Shown: positions 20,313 through 31,606, counted from the stretch's first letter. The stretch is 64,000 nt of DNA from Gemmatimonadota bacterium (GCA_039589295.1 JBDHHR010000001.1:28058-92057); one strand, 5' to 3'. Notes: generated by a model from the letters alone, not told the origin. Translations and numbers: made by a program.

Positions 20313-21464
20313 TCAGATCGCCTCCAATCGCTCGGCCACTTCCTCGGCCTCAAGCTGCAGAAGCGTATCCTCTCCGAGCTGCCTACGATCCCAAACGGCC
20401 CAGCCCCTCCCGACCCCTCCAGGCAGGTCCACAAACGCTGGAACCCCCTGCTCACCCAGGAAGACGGGCGCAAACACGAGATACATCCGCTGGACAAGGC
20501 CTTCCCTCAGGAGCGCCGATCCCATGCGGCCTCCGCCTTCGACCAGAATCGATCCGACCTCCCGGTCCGCCAGACCTCTGAGTATCTCCGTCAACTCCAG
20601 ACCCCCCCTGTGCCGCATCGCCTGCGCGACGGCCACCCCTCGATCCCGAAGCGCTCGGCCACGCTCCCGGACTGCCTCGGGAGCCGCGAATACCAGGACC
20701 GGGGCCTCCTGCGAGGTCGTCACCAGTCGGGAACCGAGCGGAAGCTCGAGGTCGGAATCCACCACGACCCTCAGGGGCGGCCGGCGCGGTCGGACATCCC
20801 CCCTGACCGTAAGTAGCGGGTCATCGACCATGGCGGTGCCGCTTCCCACCAGAAGGCAGTCGTAACCGGCCCGCAGGCGGTACACCCAGGCATCGGCCTC
20901 GTCCCCTGAAACACGTTCGCGCTTCCCGACCGAACCTGAAATGCGTCCGTCGAGTGAAAGGGCCAGCTTCAGGCCTACGAACGGCATGCCCGTGGTGTGT
21001 CTCCACAGGAACGGGGCGTTGAGAAGACTAGCCTCCTTGCGAAGCACCCCGAGGGTGACCTCTACGCCCGCCCGGCGAAGCTCATCCACGCCACCTCCGG
21101 CATCCGGATGTGGATCGCGAGCGCCGACCGCGACCCGCCGTATCCCCGCATCGACGATTGCTGTGGTACACGCAGGGGTCTTCCCCCGATGCGAGCAAGG
21201 CTCGAGGTTCACGAACAGCGTCGCCCCATCCGCCTTATCACCGGCCTGCCTGAGTGCCACCACCTCCGCGTGCTCGCGCCCGAATTCCTCGTGGAACCCC
21301 TCGCCCACAACCAGGCCCTCGCGCACCACGACCGCACCGACGAGCGGGTTGGGTGCGACCCTGCCCCACCCACGCTCGGCCAGCTCCAGAGCCCGTCGCA
21401 TGGCCTCCAGGTCAGCAGCCTCGACCGGGTCAAGTGAGACTCCGGGACGAGCCGGTCGGTTCAC
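20313..21464 (-). CDS. ribD: Riboflavin biosynthesis deaminase/reductase RibD
   Basis: Start re-set to GTG 21464 (AAGGAGG RBS, GTGA overlap with purM). PNPLVGA, HAEV, LEPCSHRGKTPAC, LVEGGG. Confidence 0.94.
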   Translation of the reverse strand: MNRPARPGVSLDPVEAADLEAMRRALELAERGWGRVAPNPLVGAVVVREGLVVGEGFHEEFGREHAEVVALRQAGDKADGATLFVNLEPCSHRGKTPACTTAIVDAGIRRVAVGARDPHPDAGGGVDELRRAGVEVTLGVLRKEASLLNAPFLWRHTTGMPFVGLKLALSLDGRISGSVGKRERVSGDEADAWVYRLRAGYDCLLVGSGTAMVDDPLLTVRGDVRPRRPPLRVVVDSDLELPLGSRLVTTSQEAPVLVFAAPEAVRERGRALRDRGVAVAQAMRHRGGLELTEILRGLADREVGSILVEGGGRMGSALLREGLVQRMYLVFAPVFLGEQGVPAFVDLPGGVGRGWAVWDRRQLGEDTLLQLEAEEVAERLEAI

Positions 21465-22492
21465 GCGCCTCCTTCGAGACGCACACGTCCTGTGCCCGGC
21501 ACGAGCTCTCCGCACGGCCAGGCCTCGCAGCCGGATTCTCGTATCCCTGCCAGCACGAACTGGGATTCCGCGGCGTCGACCACGGCTATCATTCCGACCC
21601 CCATGTTGAGGGTCTCGTACAGCTCGGTCGTACTCATGCCGCTTACATCCGCCAGCAGGCGAAACTCGGGGCCGGGCCTCCAGGCGGCCAGGTCCACCAC
21701 CGCGTCCACGTTCTCCGGGAGCACCCGCCGCAGGTTTCCCGGGATGCCGCCGCCAGTGACATGCGCCAACGCCCGAACGCGTCCAGCTCCGCACGCCGCA
21801 CGCAATGGCCCGAGGTAGCTGCGGTGCACCCGCAGGAGCACCTCGCCGACGGTGGCCCCCGTACCCGGATACTGATCTTCGACGTCCAGTCCGAGGCGAT
21901 CGAAGAGCAGGCTGCGGACCAGGCTGTAACCGTTGGTGTGCAGACCACTCGATGCCAGACCGATGAGACCGTCCCCCGCGGCTACTGCTTCCCGACCCGG
22001 AACGTCGAATGCCACCCGCCCCACCATGAACCCCGCCAGGTCGTACTGGCCAGCGGCATACAGGCCAGGCATCTCGGCCGTCTCGCCGCCCAGCAGCGCA
22101 CAGTCGTTCCTGCGGCAGCCCCTGGCTACGCCCTCGATTACCGCGTATGCCACGTCGGCCTCCAGCTCGCCACAGGCGAAGTAGTCGAGGAAGAACAGCG
22201 GTTCCGCACCCTCGGCGAGGATGTCGTTGACGCAGTGGTTCACGAGGTCCTCCCCTACCGTGTCGTGAACCCCCGCCCTCACCGCCACCATGACCTTGGT
22301 GCCGACACCGTCGGCGCTGGCCACCAGCTCCGGATCACCCGCAACGCGAAAGTGGCCTCCGAAGGCGCCGAACCCTCCCCGAACCTGTTGTCTGCGGGTG
22401 GACTCCACGAGACCCCTGAGCCGCGAGGTGAGATCCTCTGCAGCCCGAAGGTCGACCCCTGCATCCCGGTAGCCGAACACTTCGTCGATCAC
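21461..22492 (-). CDS. purM: Phosphoribosylformylglycinamidine cyclo-ligase
   Basis: YRDAGVD, DGVGTK, VNDILAEGAEPLFFLDY, GGETAEMPG, GLHTNGYSL, HVTGGG, NMGVGM. Confidence 0.96.
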   Translation of the reverse strand: MIDEVFGYRDAGVDLRAAEDLTSRLRGLVESTRRQQVRGGFGAFGGHFRVAGDPELVASADGVGTKVMVAVRAGVHDTVGEDLVNHCVNDILAEGAEPLFFLDYFACGELEADVAYAVIEGVARGCRRNDCALLGGETAEMPGLYAAGQYDLAGFMVGRVAFDVPGREAVAAGDGLIGLASSGLHTNGYSLVRSLLFDRLGLDVEDQYPGTGATVGEVLLRVHRSYLGPLRAACGAGRVRALAHVTGGGIPGNLRRVLPENVDAVVDLAAWRPGPEFRLLADVSGMSTTELYETLNMGVGMIAVVDAAESQFVLAGIRESGCEAWPCGELVPGTGRVRLEGGA

Positions 22493-24195
22493 TCGCCCGC
22501 CTCTCGTAGCATCGTCGACGGCGCCGAGATCCCGAGCAGTGTGAGACCGTTACGCAGCGTTATCTGCACGGCTCGCGCAAGTGTGAGCCGGGCCGGGCGG
22601 GCGGGCACGTCGGCCAGCACGCGTCGCTCCGGATCCAGGTTCCCTTCGTGGTACCAGGCGTTGACCGCTCCGGCCAGTTCTTCCAGATACTGGCAGATCT
22701 GATAGGGCGCCCTGGCCTCGCCTGCGGCAGCGACCCGTTCCGGAAACCGAAGCAGCGTCTTGGCCACCAGCCGCTCGGAAGCAGCGTCCAGCAACTCCAG
22801 GTCACCGATCGTGGCTCGGATTCCCTCCGGCTCCAGGCCCCCCTTCTCGAACACGCTGCACATCCGTGCGTGCGCGTACTGCACCTTGTAGACGGGGTTC
22901 GCCTCTGAGGTATCCAGAGCCAGGTCGAGGTCGAAAGTCATCGGTACCTCGGCCCTCCGCATGAGGAAGAAGTACCTCGTGACATCGGCACCGATCTCCT
23001 CCAGCAGCTCGCGCAGGGGGACGAAACGGCCAGCGCGTTTGCTCATACGCACCTCTGCTCCACCGCGCATCACCGTCACGAGCTGGATGAGGAGGACCTC
23101 GAGGAACCCTTCCGGCTCGCCCAATGCCGTTAGCGCCGCCTGCATGCGCGGTACGTGGCCGTGGTGATCCGCACCCCACACGTCGATGGCCAGATCGAAG
23201 TCACGGCGTGCCTTGTCAACATGATACGCGATGTCGGAGACCAGATACGTGTGTGAACCATCGCTCTTGACCAGAACCCGGTCCTTCTCGTCACCGAAAT
23301 ACGTGGTCCGCAGCCACAGCGCGCCGCTCTCCCGGTATGTGTGTCCGCTCTCCTCCAGGCGGGCGAGCAGCTCCTCCACCTCACCTCTGCTGAACAGTCC
23401 ACTCTCGTCGAAGAACACGTCCATGCGGACCCCGAACTCCAACAGGTCGAGCTCCTGTTCACGCCTGAGGATCGAGCTGGCGCGGGAGGCGAAGAGCGCC
23501 CGCCGCTCCTCCGTCTCCATGACCGCGAGGCGCTCGGCACCCTCTTCGCCCGCGATATGCTCGACCAGTTCGAACACGTACTCGCCCTGGTAGCCACCCT
23601 CCGGAAGCTCTGTCTCGAATCCCTGTGACTGGAGGAATCGGGCATCGAGAGATTCGCCGAGCAGTTCGATCTGGCGACCGGCGTCGTTGACGTAGAACTC
23701 CCTCACCACACGATGGCCGGCCCGTTCGAGCAGCGACGCGGTGGCGTCCCCGATGGCCGCCCCGCGCCCGTGCGCCACGTGAAGCGGCCCCGTGGGGTTG
23801 GCGGACACGAACTCGACGTTGACCAAACGCTGAGACCGGCACACGCTGCGCCCCCATTCGTCGGGACGGGCCAGCACTTCGAGGATGCCTCGCCACAGAA
23901 CCACGTCCGCCAGCCGGAAGTTGAGGAAGCCCGGTCCGGCCACCTCTATGCTGCTCACCTCCGCTACGACCGGGTCGATCCGTGCCGCGATCTCATCGGC
24001 CAACTCAAGCGGAGGTCGGTGGAGTCTTCCCGCCAGGACCAGAGCCACATTTGAAGACACGTCCCCGTGTGTTGAATCGGCAGGTCGCTCCAGTTGTGGC
24101 TCGAAGTCCTCTGCAGCCCCTGCTTCGTGAGCCGCACGCCGCAGCGCGTCTGCCAACGCTGCCGTGGTCATGACGCCGGCCTCATTCACCATCAT
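22489..24195 (-). CDS. argS: Arginyl-tRNA synthetase (start 24195 or 24171)
   Basis: GPGFLNF, VEFVSANPTGPLHVAHGR, WGADHHG, MSKRAG, YKVQYAHAR. Confidence 0.95.
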   Translation of the reverse strand: MMVNEAGVMTTAALADALRRAAHEAGAAEDFEPQLERPADSTHGDVSSNVALVLAGRLHRPPLELADEIAARIDPVVAEVSSIEVAGPGFLNFRLADVVLWRGILEVLARPDEWGRSVCRSQRLVNVEFVSANPTGPLHVAHGRGAAIGDATASLLERAGHRVVREFYVNDAGRQIELLGESLDARFLQSQGFETELPEGGYQGEYVFELVEHIAGEEGAERLAVMETEERRALFASRASSILRREQELDLLEFGVRMDVFFDESGLFSRGEVEELLARLEESGHTYRESGALWLRTTYFGDEKDRVLVKSDGSHTYLVSDIAYHVDKARRDFDLAIDVWGADHHGHVPRMQAALTALGEPEGFLEVLLIQLVTVMRGGAEVRMSKRAGRFVPLRELLEEIGADVTRYFFLMRRAEVPMTFDLDLALDTSEANPVYKVQYAHARMCSVFEKGGLEPEGIRATIGDLELLDAASERLVAKTLLRFPERVAAAGEARAPYQICQYLEELAGAVNAWYHEGNLDPERRVLADVPARPARLTLARAVQITLRNGLTLLGISAPSTMLREAGE

Positions 24196-24460
24196 CGCCT
24201 TTCGCTTCCTTCGGTTCGGATCCGGCTTCCGCGCCGGCAGACTCCTTCTTCTCCTTTTCAGTTGTTGACGGGCCCGGTCCCTTACGGTAGTCGGTCGCGT
24301 AGAATCCTGGCCCGCGGAACACGAGTCCGCCTCCGGTGGAGATAAGACGTCGCACCGAATCCCCACACTCGGAACACTCGCGAAGGGGCTCATCGTTGAT
24401 GCTCTGGAACCGCTCGAAGGTGTGTCCGCACCCCAGGCACTCATACTCGTAGGTTGGCAT
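24182..24460 (-). CDS. FmdB-family zinc-ribbon protein
   Basis: MPTYEYECxxCG...CxxCG...FRGPGFYATDY. Confidence 0.9.
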   Translation of the reverse strand: MPTYEYECLGCGHTFERFQSINDEPLRECSECGDSVRRLISTGGGLVFRGPGFYATDYRKGPGPSTTEKEKKESAGAEAGSEPKEAKGDDGE

Positions 24461-24509
24461 ACAGCGTCCAGTCCTCCGGTCTAACTCGATTCTCCGCTAC
24501 GAAACTCAG

Positions 24510-26081
24510 TCAAGCCTTGTAGCGGCCCCACAGGTCCTCGAGCGTGGCGCTGATCTCTCCAAGGGTAGCTCGCGCCTTCACCGCCTCGATGATCGGTGGC
24601 AACAGATTGGCTCCCGAGGAAGCGGCGTCTTCGACGGCGTTCAGTGCCTGTCGGACCCCGTTCGAATCGCGCCGGGACAGCACTTCCGCCAGGCGGCGAC
24701 GTTGTAGCCGTTGCAGGCCGGCGAAATCAGGGGCCGGTAGCTCTGGCTCGTGATCCCCTTCGGCGTACACGTTCACCCCCACCACCTCTGTCTCGCCCCT
24801 CTCCAACGCTATCTGGTGAGCGTAGGCAGCGGCCTGAATCTCTTCATCCATGAACCGAATGGCTGACGACTGCGCTCCCAGCTCCTCGAGGCGTCCGATG
24901 TAGTCGGCCGCCATCGCCCCCAACCGCGAAGTGAGGTGCTCCACGTAGTACGACCCTCCCAACGGGTCAACCGTGTCGGCTACTCCCGATTCCATCGCCA
25001 GCACCTGCTGCGTCCGGAGGGCGAGCCTGGCCGCCCCGGCGTCGGGGAGCGAAAGCGCTTCATCATGACTGTTGGTGTGCAGGGACTGAGTTCCACCGAG
25101 GACCGCTGCCAGCGCCTGCACGGTTACTCGTACCACGTTGTTCAGCGGCTGTTGAGCCGTCAGCGTGGACCCTCCGGTCTGGGTGTGGAAGCGCAGGCGA
25201 CATGCTCGCTCCGAAGCGTGGAACTCCTCCCGCATCATCCTGGCCCACAGCCTTCGTGCCGCCCGGAACTTAGCCACTTCCTCGAACAGGTTGTTGTGCG
25301 CTGCAAAGAAGAAACTCAGACGGGGAGCGAAGTCCTCTAACTCCAAGCCTCGCTCCAGGGCCCGCCTGATGTACTCCCGGGCATTCGCGAGCGTAAACGC
25401 GATTTCCTGGGCCGCGGTGGCTCCGGCCTCGCGCATGTGGTAGCCGCTGATCGAGATGCTGTTCCAGCGCGGCAGCTCCCGGGCGCAGAACGCAAAGATG
25501 TCGGTTACCAGTCGCAGGCTGGGCTCTACCGGGTAGATGTACGTGCCCCGGGCGATGAACTCCTTGAGCATGTCGTTCTGGACCGTACCGGCCAAGAGCT
25601 CTCGCTCGACACCCTGCGCGTCGGCCACGGCGACGTACATCGCCAGAAGGATCGCCGCCGTGGCGTTGATCGTCATCGATGTCGAGACGAGTTCCAGCGG
25701 AATCCCTTCGAACAGACGGCCCATGTCGTCGACCGTGTCGATGGCCACCCCAACTCGGCCTACCTCTCCCTCAGCGCGGGCGTCGCTCGAGTCGAGACCC
25801 ATCTGGGTGGGGAGGTCGAAGGCCACCGAGAGTCCCGTCTGCCCTGATTCCAGGAGGTAGTGGAAGCGATCGTTGGTCTCTTCGGCCGTGCCGAACCCAG
25901 CGTACTGGCGCATGGTCCACAGACGACCCCTGTACATATCCGCGTATATGCCGCGCGTGAAGGGGCATCGTCCCGGCTCGCCGAGGTCCGGCATATAGTC
26001 GGCCGACGTCCCCTCCGGCCCGTAGAGTCGGTCAATCTCTATTCCGGACGTCGTTCTGAACCGCTCGCGCCTTCGGCTCAT
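24510..26081 (-). CDS. Methylmalonyl-CoA mutase, substrate-binding (TIM-barrel) subunit only
   Basis: FTRGIY...[54 protein letters not shown]. No C-terminal DxHxxG cobalamin-binding domain. Confidence 0.92.
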   Translation of the reverse strand: MSRRRERFRTTSGIEIDRLYGPEGTSADYMPDLGEPGRCPFTRGIYADMYRGRLWTMRQYAGFGTAEETNDRFHYLLESGQTGLSVAFDLPTQMGLDSSDARAEGEVGRVGVAIDTVDDMGRLFEGIPLELVSTSMTINATAAILLAMYVAVADAQGVERELLAGTVQNDMLKEFIARGTYIYPVEPSLRLVTDIFAFCARELPRWNSISISGYHMREAGATAAQEIAFTLANAREYIRRALERGLELEDFAPRLSFFFAAHNNLFEEVAKFRAARRLWARMMREEFHASERACRLRFHTQTGGSTLTAQQPLNNVVRVTVQALAAVLGGTQSLHTNSHDEALSLPDAGAARLALRTQQVLAMESGVADTVDPLGGSYYVEHLTSRLGAMAADYIGRLEELGAQSSAIRFMDEEIQAAAYAHQIALERGETEVVGVNVYAEGDHEPELPAPDFAGLQRLQRRRLAEVLSRRDSNGVRQALNAVEDAASSGANLLPPIIEAVKARATLGEISATLEDLWGRYKA

Positions 26082-26587
26082 CGGGCTGACCTCTGTTCCA
26101 AGCGCAGCAACACTTCATCCCTATTCACAGTCTGGCCCGCCTCCACCTCCACCGATGCCACCCAACCCGCCACGTCGGCGCACAGCTCGTTCTCCATCTT
26201 CATCGCCTCCATGACGACGAGACCTGCCCCGACCCGCACTTTCTCGCCCGGCTCCACCTCGACCCTGACGATGAGCCCCGGCATCGGGGCACGCAGGTCC
26301 CACTCCGTCGTGACCGGGCGGGCTGCCGCCGCCAGCTGCGAAATATGCCTAACCCGCTCGTCCTCGACCCTCACCAGGAACGATCGTCCCTCCAGCTCGA
26401 TAATCCAACCGCCAGGCCCGCGGCGACCGGAGAGAGACACGGAACGCCCATCCAGACACAGCTGATGTCGATCGGATCCGGGCAGGGTGGAGAGAGCCGC
26501 CTCGATGTGAACTCCGTCGACAAGGAGCCGGTTCTCCTCCACCCGGATCTCCAGCGTCCGGCCCTCGACGTGCGCGAAGTACTTCAA
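26078..26587 (-). CDS. Biotin carboxyl carrier protein
   Basis: APMPG and the biotinylation motif EAMKMENE. Confidence 0.93.
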   Translation of the reverse strand: MKYFAHVEGRTLEIRVEENRLLVDGVHIEAALSTLPGSDRHQLCLDGRSVSLSGRRGPGGWIIELEGRSFLVRVEDERVRHISQLAAAARPVTTEWDLRAPMPGLIVRVEVEPGEKVRVGAGLVVMEAMKMENELCADVAGWVASVEVEAGQTVNRDEVLLRLEQRSAR

Positions 26588-26605
26588 CTGAGAGCCATCC
26601 CCGTC

Positions 26606-28177
26606 CTATTTCCGGCTCGGGCTCGACCCGCCCGTTGTTCGCCCGCTTTCCGCCGATCCGAACTGCATGCGACTCTCACTCGGAGCGAAAGCCCTCTGCC
26701 ACTCGGATCTACGGCTCTGGCCCGCCGGTAGCTGCGCCGCTGTTGTGACGTCCCGCGTGCTTCCCCGCGCCCGTTCCTCGAGCAAAGTGGCTGCCACTCC
26801 GGCCGCACGTTCCTGCCACTCTGCGGTTCCATCCCGAAAGAGGTCCGGGTGCCGCTCGATGTAGCTGACAGATACGTCACCCCGCTGAAAGTCGGATTCG
26901 CTCATCACTGCCAGATGAAAGGGTTGGGTTGTCCGAATGCCATCGATCCGCAGCTCGCGCAGCGCGCGTCGCATGCGCCCGATCGCCTGAGGCCGGTTGG
27001 GCGCGTGCACGATGAGCTTCGCCAGTAGCGGGTCGTAGTGCAGGCCGACCTCGAGGTACTCCACGATTCCGCCGTCCCATCGCACACCCGGCCCGGACGG
27101 CACCTCCAGCGACTCGATGCGACCCGTCGACGGGAAGAAGCCGGCATACGGATCTTCGCCCGATATCCGGCACTCTATGGCGTGTCCGACGGGCCAGCGC
27201 CCATCCGGCTCGATTCCCAGAGGTTGGCCCGCAGCGATGCGGATTTGCGCTTGCACCAGATCTACACCTGTTACCAGTTCGGTGACCGGATGCTCTACCT
27301 GAAGGCGAGTGTTCATCTCGAGGAAGTAGAACTCACCGTCCTGGTACAGGAATTCCACGGTTCCTGCGCCGACGTACCCGACCTCACGCGCCGCTGTCAC
27401 CGCGACATCCCCCATCCTCCGGCGTGTCTCCTCGTCGATGGCCGGTGACGGCGACTCCTCGATGAGCTTCTGGTGCCGCCGCTGGATGGAGCATTCGCGC
27501 TCGCCGAGGTGAATCGTCTGTCCTTCCGCATCGGCCAGCACCTGGAATTCGATATGGCGCGGGTCGGACAGAAAGCGCTCGACGTAGATCCGCTCGTCAC
27601 CGAACGCCTGCCACGCTTCACGCCGGGCGGCCTGGATAGCCCGGGTGATCTCATCCGCGCTCTCCACGACGCGCATGCCCTTCCCCCCCCCACCGGCCAC
27701 CGCCTTCAGCAGGACCGGATAGCCTACCGCCTCGGCCGCGAGCAGCGCCGCCTCCGGCTCGGTCACCGGACTTTCCGAGCCGGGCACCACCCTCACCCCG
27801 GCCCGCAACATGCGAGCGCGGGCGGCCGTCTTGTCTCCCATCTCCGCGATAGCGGCCGCCGGAGGGCCTATGAACGTGAGTCCGGCTTCCTCGACTCGCC
27901 GCGCGAAGTCCGGGTTCTCGGCCAGGAAGCCGTAGCCGGGATGGATCGCCGTCGCCCCGGTCTCTCTGGCGGCGGCAATGAGCGCACCGGCATTCAGATA
28001 GCTCTCTGCCGCTGGTGCGGGGCCAACGCACACCGCCTCGTCGGCGCAGAGCACGTGGGGGGAGAACCTGTCCGCCTCCGAATAGACCGCAACTACCGGG
28101 ATACCGAGCTCCTGGCAGGCCCGGATTACTCGCACGGCGATCTCGCCGCGGTTCGCCACTAGGATCTTAGGGAACAC
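26606..28177 (-). CDS. accC: Biotin carboxylase (propionyl/acetyl-CoA carboxylase alpha)
   Basis: ANRGEIA, HPGYGFLAEN, GGGGKGMR, ECSIQRRHQK, LEMNTRLQVEHPVTE, YDPLLAKL. Confidence 0.94.
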   Translation of the reverse strand: MFPKILVANRGEIAVRVIRACQELGIPVVAVYSEADRFSPHVLCADEAVCVGPAPAAESYLNAGALIAAARETGATAIHPGYGFLAENPDFARRVEEAGLTFIGPPAAAIAEMGDKTAARARMLRAGVRVVPGSESPVTEPEAALLAAEAVGYPVLLKAVAGGGGKGMRVVESADEITRAIQAARREAWQAFGDERIYVERFLSDPRHIEFQVLADAEGQTIHLGERECSIQRRHQKLIEESPSPAIDEETRRRMGDVAVTAAREVGYVGAGTVEFLYQDGEFYFLEMNTRLQVEHPVTELVTGVDLVQAQIRIAAGQPLGIEPDGRWPVGHAIECRISGEDPYAGFFPSTGRIESLEVPSGPGVRWDGGIVEYLEVGLHYDPLLAKLIVHAPNRPQAIGRMRRALRELRIDGIRTTQPFHLAVMSESDFQRGDVSVSYIERHPDLFRDGTAEWQERAAGVAATLLEERARGSTRDVTTAAQLPAGQSRRSEWQRAFAPSESRMQFGSAESGRTTGGSSPSRK

Positions 28178-28185
28178 GCTTCCGC

Positions 28186-29736
28186 TCAGAGAGGGATGTT
28201 ACCGTGCTTTCTCGGCGGATTGCGGTCTCGCTTGCCGTCGAGCATCTCGAGGCCCGAAATGAGGTGCGCACGGGTCTCCCGTGGGTCGATGATATCGTCG
28301 AGGTACCCGCGCTGGGCCGCGAGATAGGGATGAGCGAACCTCTCTCGGAATTCCGCCTCCAGCTCTGCCGTCCGACCCTCTGCGTCGTCGGCATCAGCCA
28401 GCTCCCTGCGGTAGAGGATCTCGACCGCACCCCTTGGTCCCATCACGGCGATCTCCGCCGTCGGCCAGGCCAGGTTCAGATCTCCCCGAATGTGCTTCGA
28501 AGACATCACGTCGTAGGCTCCGCCATACGCTTTCCGCGTGATGACCGTCAGCTTCGGGACCGTCGCCTCGCAGTACGCATACAGCAGCTTCGCGCCGTGC
28601 TGGATTATCCCGCTGTGCTCCTGGGTGACCCCCGGGAGGAAGCCCGGTACATCCTCGAAAGTGATGAGCGGCAGGTTGAAGGCATCACAGAACCGGACGA
28701 AACGGGCTCCTTTCCGGCTCGCATCGATGTCCAGCACTCCCGCGAGAACAGCCGGCTGATTAGCCAGGATCCCCACCGATCGACCCCCGAGGCTGGCGAA
28801 GCCTACGATCAGGTTCTGAGCATACCCGGCGTGAACCTCCAGGAAGGCACCGTCGTCGACGACCGGGAGGATCACCTCGTGCATGTCGTACGGCCGCTCG
28901 GGCTTGCCCGGTATCAGATCCAGAAGCTTTTCTTCGGCCCGGTCGAACGGATCGTCCGTCTCCCGGCGCGGCGGATTCTCCGTGTTGTTGGCGGGAAGAT
29001 ACCGAAGAAGCGTCCGCACCTCCTGCAGGGATTCGATCTCTGTTCCGTGGGTGAAGTGGGCGACCCCCGATTTCGTGGCATGGACGTGAGCGCCACCGAG
29101 CTCCTCGAAGCTGACGTCCTCATGCGTGACCGTTTTTACCACGTTGGGACCTGTCACGAACATGTGACTGATGCCCTCCACCATGAAGACGAAATCGGTG
29201 ATCGCCGGCGAGTAGACGGCCCCTCCGGCGCACGGTCCCAGGATCACGCTGATCTGAGGTATCACTCCCGACGCGAGAGTGTTTCGGAGAAACAGCTCCG
29301 CGTATCCGCCCAACGAAGCGACGCCTTCCTGGATCCGGGCTCCGCCAGAGTCGTTGATGCCGACCACGGGCGCTCCGTTTCGCAGGGCCAGGTCGAGGAT
29401 CTTACATATCTTCTCGGCATGGGCCTCCGAGAGCGACCCGCCGAAGACGGTAAAATCCTGACTGAAGACGTACACCGGCCGCCCCTCGACGCGGCCGTAT
29501 CCCGTCACCACTCCGTCCCCGGGTATCCTCAGCTCATCGAGACCGAAATCGTGGCTCCGGTGCTCGACGAAACGGTCCAATTCCACGAACGAGCCGGGGT
29601 CGAGCAGGACATCGAGACGTTCCCTCGCGCTCAGCTTGCCCCTTTCGTGCTGGCGCGCCAGCCTCTCCGGTCCGCCCCCGGCCAGCGTCCGGCGGCGCAT
29701 CTCCTCCAGCTGCCTCAGTCTGTCACGGGTGGTCAC
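28186..29736 (-). CDS. pccB: Acyl-CoA carboxylase carboxyltransferase (propionyl-CoA carboxylase beta)
   Basis: [52 protein letters not shown]. Confidence 0.93.
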   Translation of the reverse strand: MTTRDRLRQLEEMRRRTLAGGGPERLARQHERGKLSARERLDVLLDPGSFVELDRFVEHRSHDFGLDELRIPGDGVVTGYGRVEGRPVYVFSQDFTVFGGSLSEAHAEKICKILDLALRNGAPVVGINDSGGARIQEGVASLGGYAELFLRNTLASGVIPQISVILGPCAGGAVYSPAITDFVFMVEGISHMFVTGPNVVKTVTHEDVSFEELGGAHVHATKSGVAHFTHGTEIESLQEVRTLLRYLPANNTENPPRRETDDPFDRAEEKLLDLIPGKPERPYDMHEVILPVVDDGAFLEVHAGYAQNLIVGFASLGGRSVGILANQPAVLAGVLDIDASRKGARFVRFCDAFNLPLITFEDVPGFLPGVTQEHSGIIQHGAKLLYAYCEATVPKLTVITRKAYGGAYDVMSSKHIRGDLNLAWPTAEIAVMGPRGAVEILYRRELADADDAEGRTAELEAEFRERFAHPYLAAQRGYLDDIIDPRETRAHLISGLEMLDGKRDRNPPRKHGNIPL

Positions 29737-29760
29737 CGCTTGCCTCCCGCGGAACTCCAG

Positions 29761-31551
29761 CTACGGCGTCGCCTGCGGCACCTGGCCTTCAAACCGCTCC
29801 TTCCGCCGTTGCTGTTCCGCCTCGTCCTTCGCCTTCTCCTTCTCCTCGTCCAGCTCCCGCAGGAACTCCTCGAGCTGGCGAGTCTCTTCCGCCCACGCCA
29901 GAATCGCCTCCGCGTTCGGCGCTTCCAGGCGGTGCTCGCGCAGCATCATCACCTCGGTACGCCGGCGGAGCGATCCAGTCGCTCGGTCATACTCAAAATA
30001 GCCTGTCGCCCCCTCGTGATCACGCAAGCGATGGAGGCCGCGGGCGACCGTGCCCGGGCGACGAAACACGACATCCGGAAGGTGTCGCAGGATGAGCCAC
30101 GTCGCGTCATAGCCGAGAGCACTGAATGTATTGGCTGGCAACGCCTTGTGATACTCCAGTTCATACATATTCTTGAAGCGCATCCAGGCGGTTCCGGGGT
30201 TCACGCGATCCAGGTAGGTCGACACGAGGCGATAGTCGGCGTAGCTGGGATCCAGGCGACGAACGACGGCCGGATCGGACCAGTTCACCCCACCGCCGAT
30301 GACCTTACTCCGCAGACCGTAGTAGACCAGCTGCGGCGCTATCTGCAGGACGGTGCGCGGGTTGTCGCACAGAACAAAGACCGCTTCAGGATCCAGATCT
30401 CCGAGCGTCGCGATCGGAGCCTCGAAAGTGGTCGAATCCGGGTCATACGCAAACGCGCCGACGAGTTCTCCGCCCTCTCGCTCGACCGCGTCCCGGAATG
30501 CCTCGGATCCGGCGGTTCCTGTCAGCCGAGGGTAGAGCACTCCGAAGCGGGAGAGTCCCAGATCACGAGTCATCCACTCCGCCATGGAGACGGCGACGTC
30601 CGCCTCGCGCCGCGACCGTTGCCATAGGCTATAGCTGTTGACAGGCAATCCCGCATCGTCGCTGGCGGTCGGGCTGATGACTACGAGGCCCTTCGAGCGG
30701 CGGGCTCGGGCAGCCTCCCTCAGAGCCTCGGAGCGCAGCGGACCGACCACGCCCATTACACCACCCTCCTCCAGACGGCGGATGAGCGGAGCGGCCAAGT
30801 CGACACGCGAGCTGTCGTCGACGACTTCAAGCTCAACCTCCATCGCCCCGCTCTCGCGCCTGTACTCTTGCACCGCGAGAAGCGCACCCTCCAGCAAGGC
30901 AGCGCCGACGGCCTCGAAGCGCCCGCTGCCCGGCAGGATAAGGCCGATGCGGGCCAAGCGAAGCCGGGGACGGATCTCGCCGTTGATCACCGATTCCGCT
31001 ACCTGGCGCTCTTCCCGGGCCGGGTCCGCGTCCAGCACACTCCTGGCCACGGCGGCGGCGGAATCGGGCCGACCGGCAAGGGCCAGCGCTCGGGCCAGCT
31101 CGGCTCGCACGACTGCCATATCACGCTCATCCGACTCCGCGCGAGGCGAGAAGGCCAGCTCTTCCAGTTCGGCGTCCGACAAGCCGCGCACCGCCTCTCT
31201 CAGAAGCGATCTTGTCTTGCCTTCCAGTCGGTTCGGAAGCTGCAACAGGAGGACCGCGGCACGTCTGTCCTCCGCCAGACCCGTGTATACCTCCGCCAGA
31301 CGGCGCCGTGTTCTCTCCGAGATCTCGGGCCGCTCTTCCCATACCGCGAAGAGGGAGTCCGCCACATGAGCTGCCTCGGCGTGCCGGCCGCTTGAAAGGG
31401 CCTCCTCGGCGAGCGCAACCGCAGCCGCGTCGGCCGGTTCTTCCGCTGCTATGCTCACTCGGGACGGAAGGCCCGCGGTAGGGGACGGCGCGGCCTGGTT
31501 GCCTGCACAGCCCGCTGTCATGGCAAGGATCGGCAGGAGCGATCGCCGCAT
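29761..31551 (-). CDS. Lipoprotein, penicillin-binding-protein activator LpoA/LppC-like (periplasmic-binding-protein fold)
   Basis: Start ATG 31551, lipobox TAGC. Helical/TPR-like N-part, then RIGLILPGSG, GVVGPL, ALGYDA. Charged coiled-coil-like C-terminus. Confidence 0.7.
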   Translation of the reverse strand: MRRSLLPILAMTAGCAGNQAAPSPTAGLPSRVSIAAEEPADAAAVALAEEALSSGRHAEAAHVADSLFAVWEERPEISERTRRRLAEVYTGLAEDRRAAVLLLQLPNRLEGKTRSLLREAVRGLSDAELEELAFSPRAESDERDMAVVRAELARALALAGRPDSAAAVARSVLDADPAREERQVAESVINGEIRPRLRLARIGLILPGSGRFEAVGAALLEGALLAVQEYRRESGAMEVELEVVDDSSRVDLAAPLIRRLEEGGVMGVVGPLRSEALREAARARRSKGLVVISPTASDDAGLPVNSYSLWQRSRREADVAVSMAEWMTRDLGLSRFGVLYPRLTGTAGSEAFRDAVEREGGELVGAFAYDPDSTTFEAPIATLGDLDPEAVFVLCDNPRTVLQIAPQLVYYGLRSKVIGGGVNWSDPAVVRRLDPSYADYRLVSTYLDRVNPGTAWMRFKNMYELEYHKALPANTFSALGYDATWLILRHLPDVVFRRPGTVARGLHRLRDHEGATGYFEYDRATGSLRRRTEVMMLREHRLEAPNAEAILAWAEETRQLEEFLRELDEEKEKAKDEAEQQRRKERFEGQVPQATP

Positions 31552-31563
31552 GCGACCTCCGTG

Positions 31564-31606
31564 CGCTCGGGGGGGTCCGACGCCGGATGCCGGACCCCCC
31601 CGAGCG
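31564..31606. repeat. Perfect 16-bp inverted repeat between rpsA and the LppC-like gene
   Basis: CGCTCGGGGGGGTCCG (31564-31579) / CGGACCCCCCCGAGCG (31591-31606), 11-nt loop, no U-tract. Confidence 0.9.

Noticed and set aside
21464-21520. FMN riboswitch for the rib genes
   Set aside because: ribD overlaps the purM stop codon, so there is no leader space.
28204-30627. 807-aa plus-strand ORF and other long antisense ORFs (e.g. 32840-34153, 10837-11916, 19815-20816, 50818-52368)
   Set aside because: They are shadows of well-supported genes on the opposite strand in high-GC DNA and contain no recognisable motifs.
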